A stretch of 50,967 bases of DNA from Thermoflexales bacterium (lineage in GTDB: Bacteria; Chloroflexota; Anaerolineae; B4-G1; SLSP01). Below the pieces are notes generated by a model. It saw only the letters and a list, made by a program, of their open reading frames with translations. It searched no databases and was not told the origin of the DNA. The translations under genes were made by a program, and so were the position numbers. Each line of letters opens with the position of its first letter. The stretch's first letter is position 1. This document shows, one piece after another, positions 49,966 to 50,967 of the stretch. The stretch spans positions 1 through 50,967 of the forward strand of contig SLDA01000240.1 of assembly GCA_007125545.1 (NCBI GenBank), given 5' to 3'.

Positions 49966-50148
49966 AAAATGGGTTTGTTTCGTAATGGGGGTTTGTGGCG
50001 GGACGACTGTGTCCCAAAATGGGTTTGTTTCGTAATGGGAGATCGTGACGGGAGATCGTGCCCCAAAATGGGTTTGTTTCGTTCTGGGAGTTTGTGGCGG
50101 GACGGCAGCGCCGGAAGCCCGGCGGACGAAAATGGGTTTGTTTCGTAA
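49966..50148. repeat. Four-copy direct repeat AAAATGGGTTTGTTTCGT(AA) with related spacers
   Basis: Copies start at 49966, 50016, 50065 and 50129; spacers of 30, 29 and 44 nt. Confidence 0.9.
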
Positions 50149-50732
50149 AAACGGTTTAGATCCACCCGCAAGCGGACTACGGGCGGAGAAGGGGGAGCTT
50201 GTCTTCGCCACTTGTAACCGGGAGCCGCTGCGGATGGGATATAGGTTGTCACGGGTCGGCCCTCCTGGTGGGTACTGTTGATTCTATTGTAGGGAGGATT
50301 CGGGGCGACTTCAACAGAGCAGGGTGGGCAATGTGTGCGTCAGTTTTCCTCAACCGCGTGGCCCTGCTCGTGACAGTAGTGGTGCACTGCGCACATCCCG
50401 GGTCGAGTCGGGCCTCGCAAGCAAGGCTGCTTGCGCTACGACGGGCGGGCGCATCAGGTAGTGCAAACCGGGCTGGTGGCACAGCTTGGGAGGGTCGCGA
50501 GGCTGGACCGCGCGCGGGATCGGCTTTTTGAGCACGGGTGATGCGGAAATCTGCCGTGCAGCCGGTTGGGTAATCTATGCTGGGGTTGGGTGCGAACTAC
50601 CCGCGGAGGCAAGTCTTGTCGACGACTTGCCCCTACGGTGAGATGTATCCGGCGGTGGCGCGCTCCGGATCAGACGGTATACTCGAGGATGGACGCTACG
50701 AAAACGATTCCGGCATAAGCTGGAGCAGATCG

Positions 50733-50967
50733 GAAAATGGAGATAGGTATGAAGGAGAGTGGAAATAATGTCTCAAGCACGGTTAAGGAACTGATATTTT
50801 TGCCAATGGAGATGTATATACAGGTGAATATAAAGATGGAAAGCCTGATGGAAAGGGCTAGTACACTTGGAAAAATGAATCCTTTTATATAGGTGAATTT
50901 AAAAATGGTTTGAAGCATGGTAAAGGCTGATGGAAAAGCGGTAAAGGGCCTCAATGCAATTAATACG
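50733..50967 (+). other. AT-rich MORN-repeat coding fragment readable with TAA/TAG=Gln; probably foreign (ciliate) sequence at a chimeric end
   Basis: ENGDRYEGEWK*CLKHG*GTDIFANGDVYTGEYKDGKPDGKG*YTWKNESFYIGEFKNGLKHGKG*WKSGKGPQCN*Y; abrupt GC drop; AGATCGGAA at 50727-50735. Confidence 0.8.

Noticed and set aside
49966-50148. CRISPR array
   Set aside because: Spacers resemble each other and vary from 29 to 44 nt, the repeat is only 18-20 nt, and no cas genes are in the window
49762-50281. ORFs across the repeat array (RNKPI, TKQTH and YETNP peptides)
   Set aside because: Repeat periods are not multiples of 3, so the motif appears in all frames; these are translation shadows of a DNA repeat
50199-50726. 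Gene or pseudogene between the repeat array and the junction
   Set aside because: No recognisable motif in the frames examined
50670-50954. 94-aa minus-strand ORF
   Set aside because: Antisense shadow of the MORN-coding strand
50733-50967. Stop-codon recoding in the host bacterium
   Set aside because: Host genes in the window end normally at TAA, TAG and TGA; this fragment differs in composition and begins at an adapter-like junction

Overview
About 51 kb of GC-rich (roughly 60%) bacterial chromosome. The gene repertoire suggests an anaerobic saccharolytic Chloroflexota (Anaerolineae-like) organism, which is inferred from gene content only. In order: partial RNase J; a GT2 (TIGR04283-like)/radical SAM-SPASM/methyltransferase operon; a clan-A glycoside hydrolase; a thioredoxin-VKOR fusion; a URO-D-family protein; two methyltransferases; PPi-type PFK; an MFS-spermidine synthase fusion; xylulokinase, a Zn-dependent dehydrogenase and an SRPBCC protein; gltX; a surface-glycan trio; a MarR-headed block of seven export genes; a sulfated-glycoside catabolic cluster headed by a stand-alone glycyl-radical domain; ferredoxin plus an AOR-family enzyme; and a Gfo/Idh/MocA dehydrogenase. 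The best unannotated signal is a complete candidate ribosome-mediated attenuator upstream of gltX: promoter, a 21-aa leader peptide with a Glu-Gln-Glu-Gln-Gln run, alternative pairings and an intrinsic terminator. Other signals are recurring 16-bp promoter spacers, a tandem MarR operator, and a 20-bp repeat array with hairpin-bearing spacers. The last ~240 bp is an AT-rich MORN-repeat fragment that reads with TAA/TAG=Gln (ciliate code) and joins at an Illumina-adapter-like AGATCGGAA, so it is probably a chimeric contig end. No rRNA, tRNA, CRISPR array or intact mobile element was recognised.
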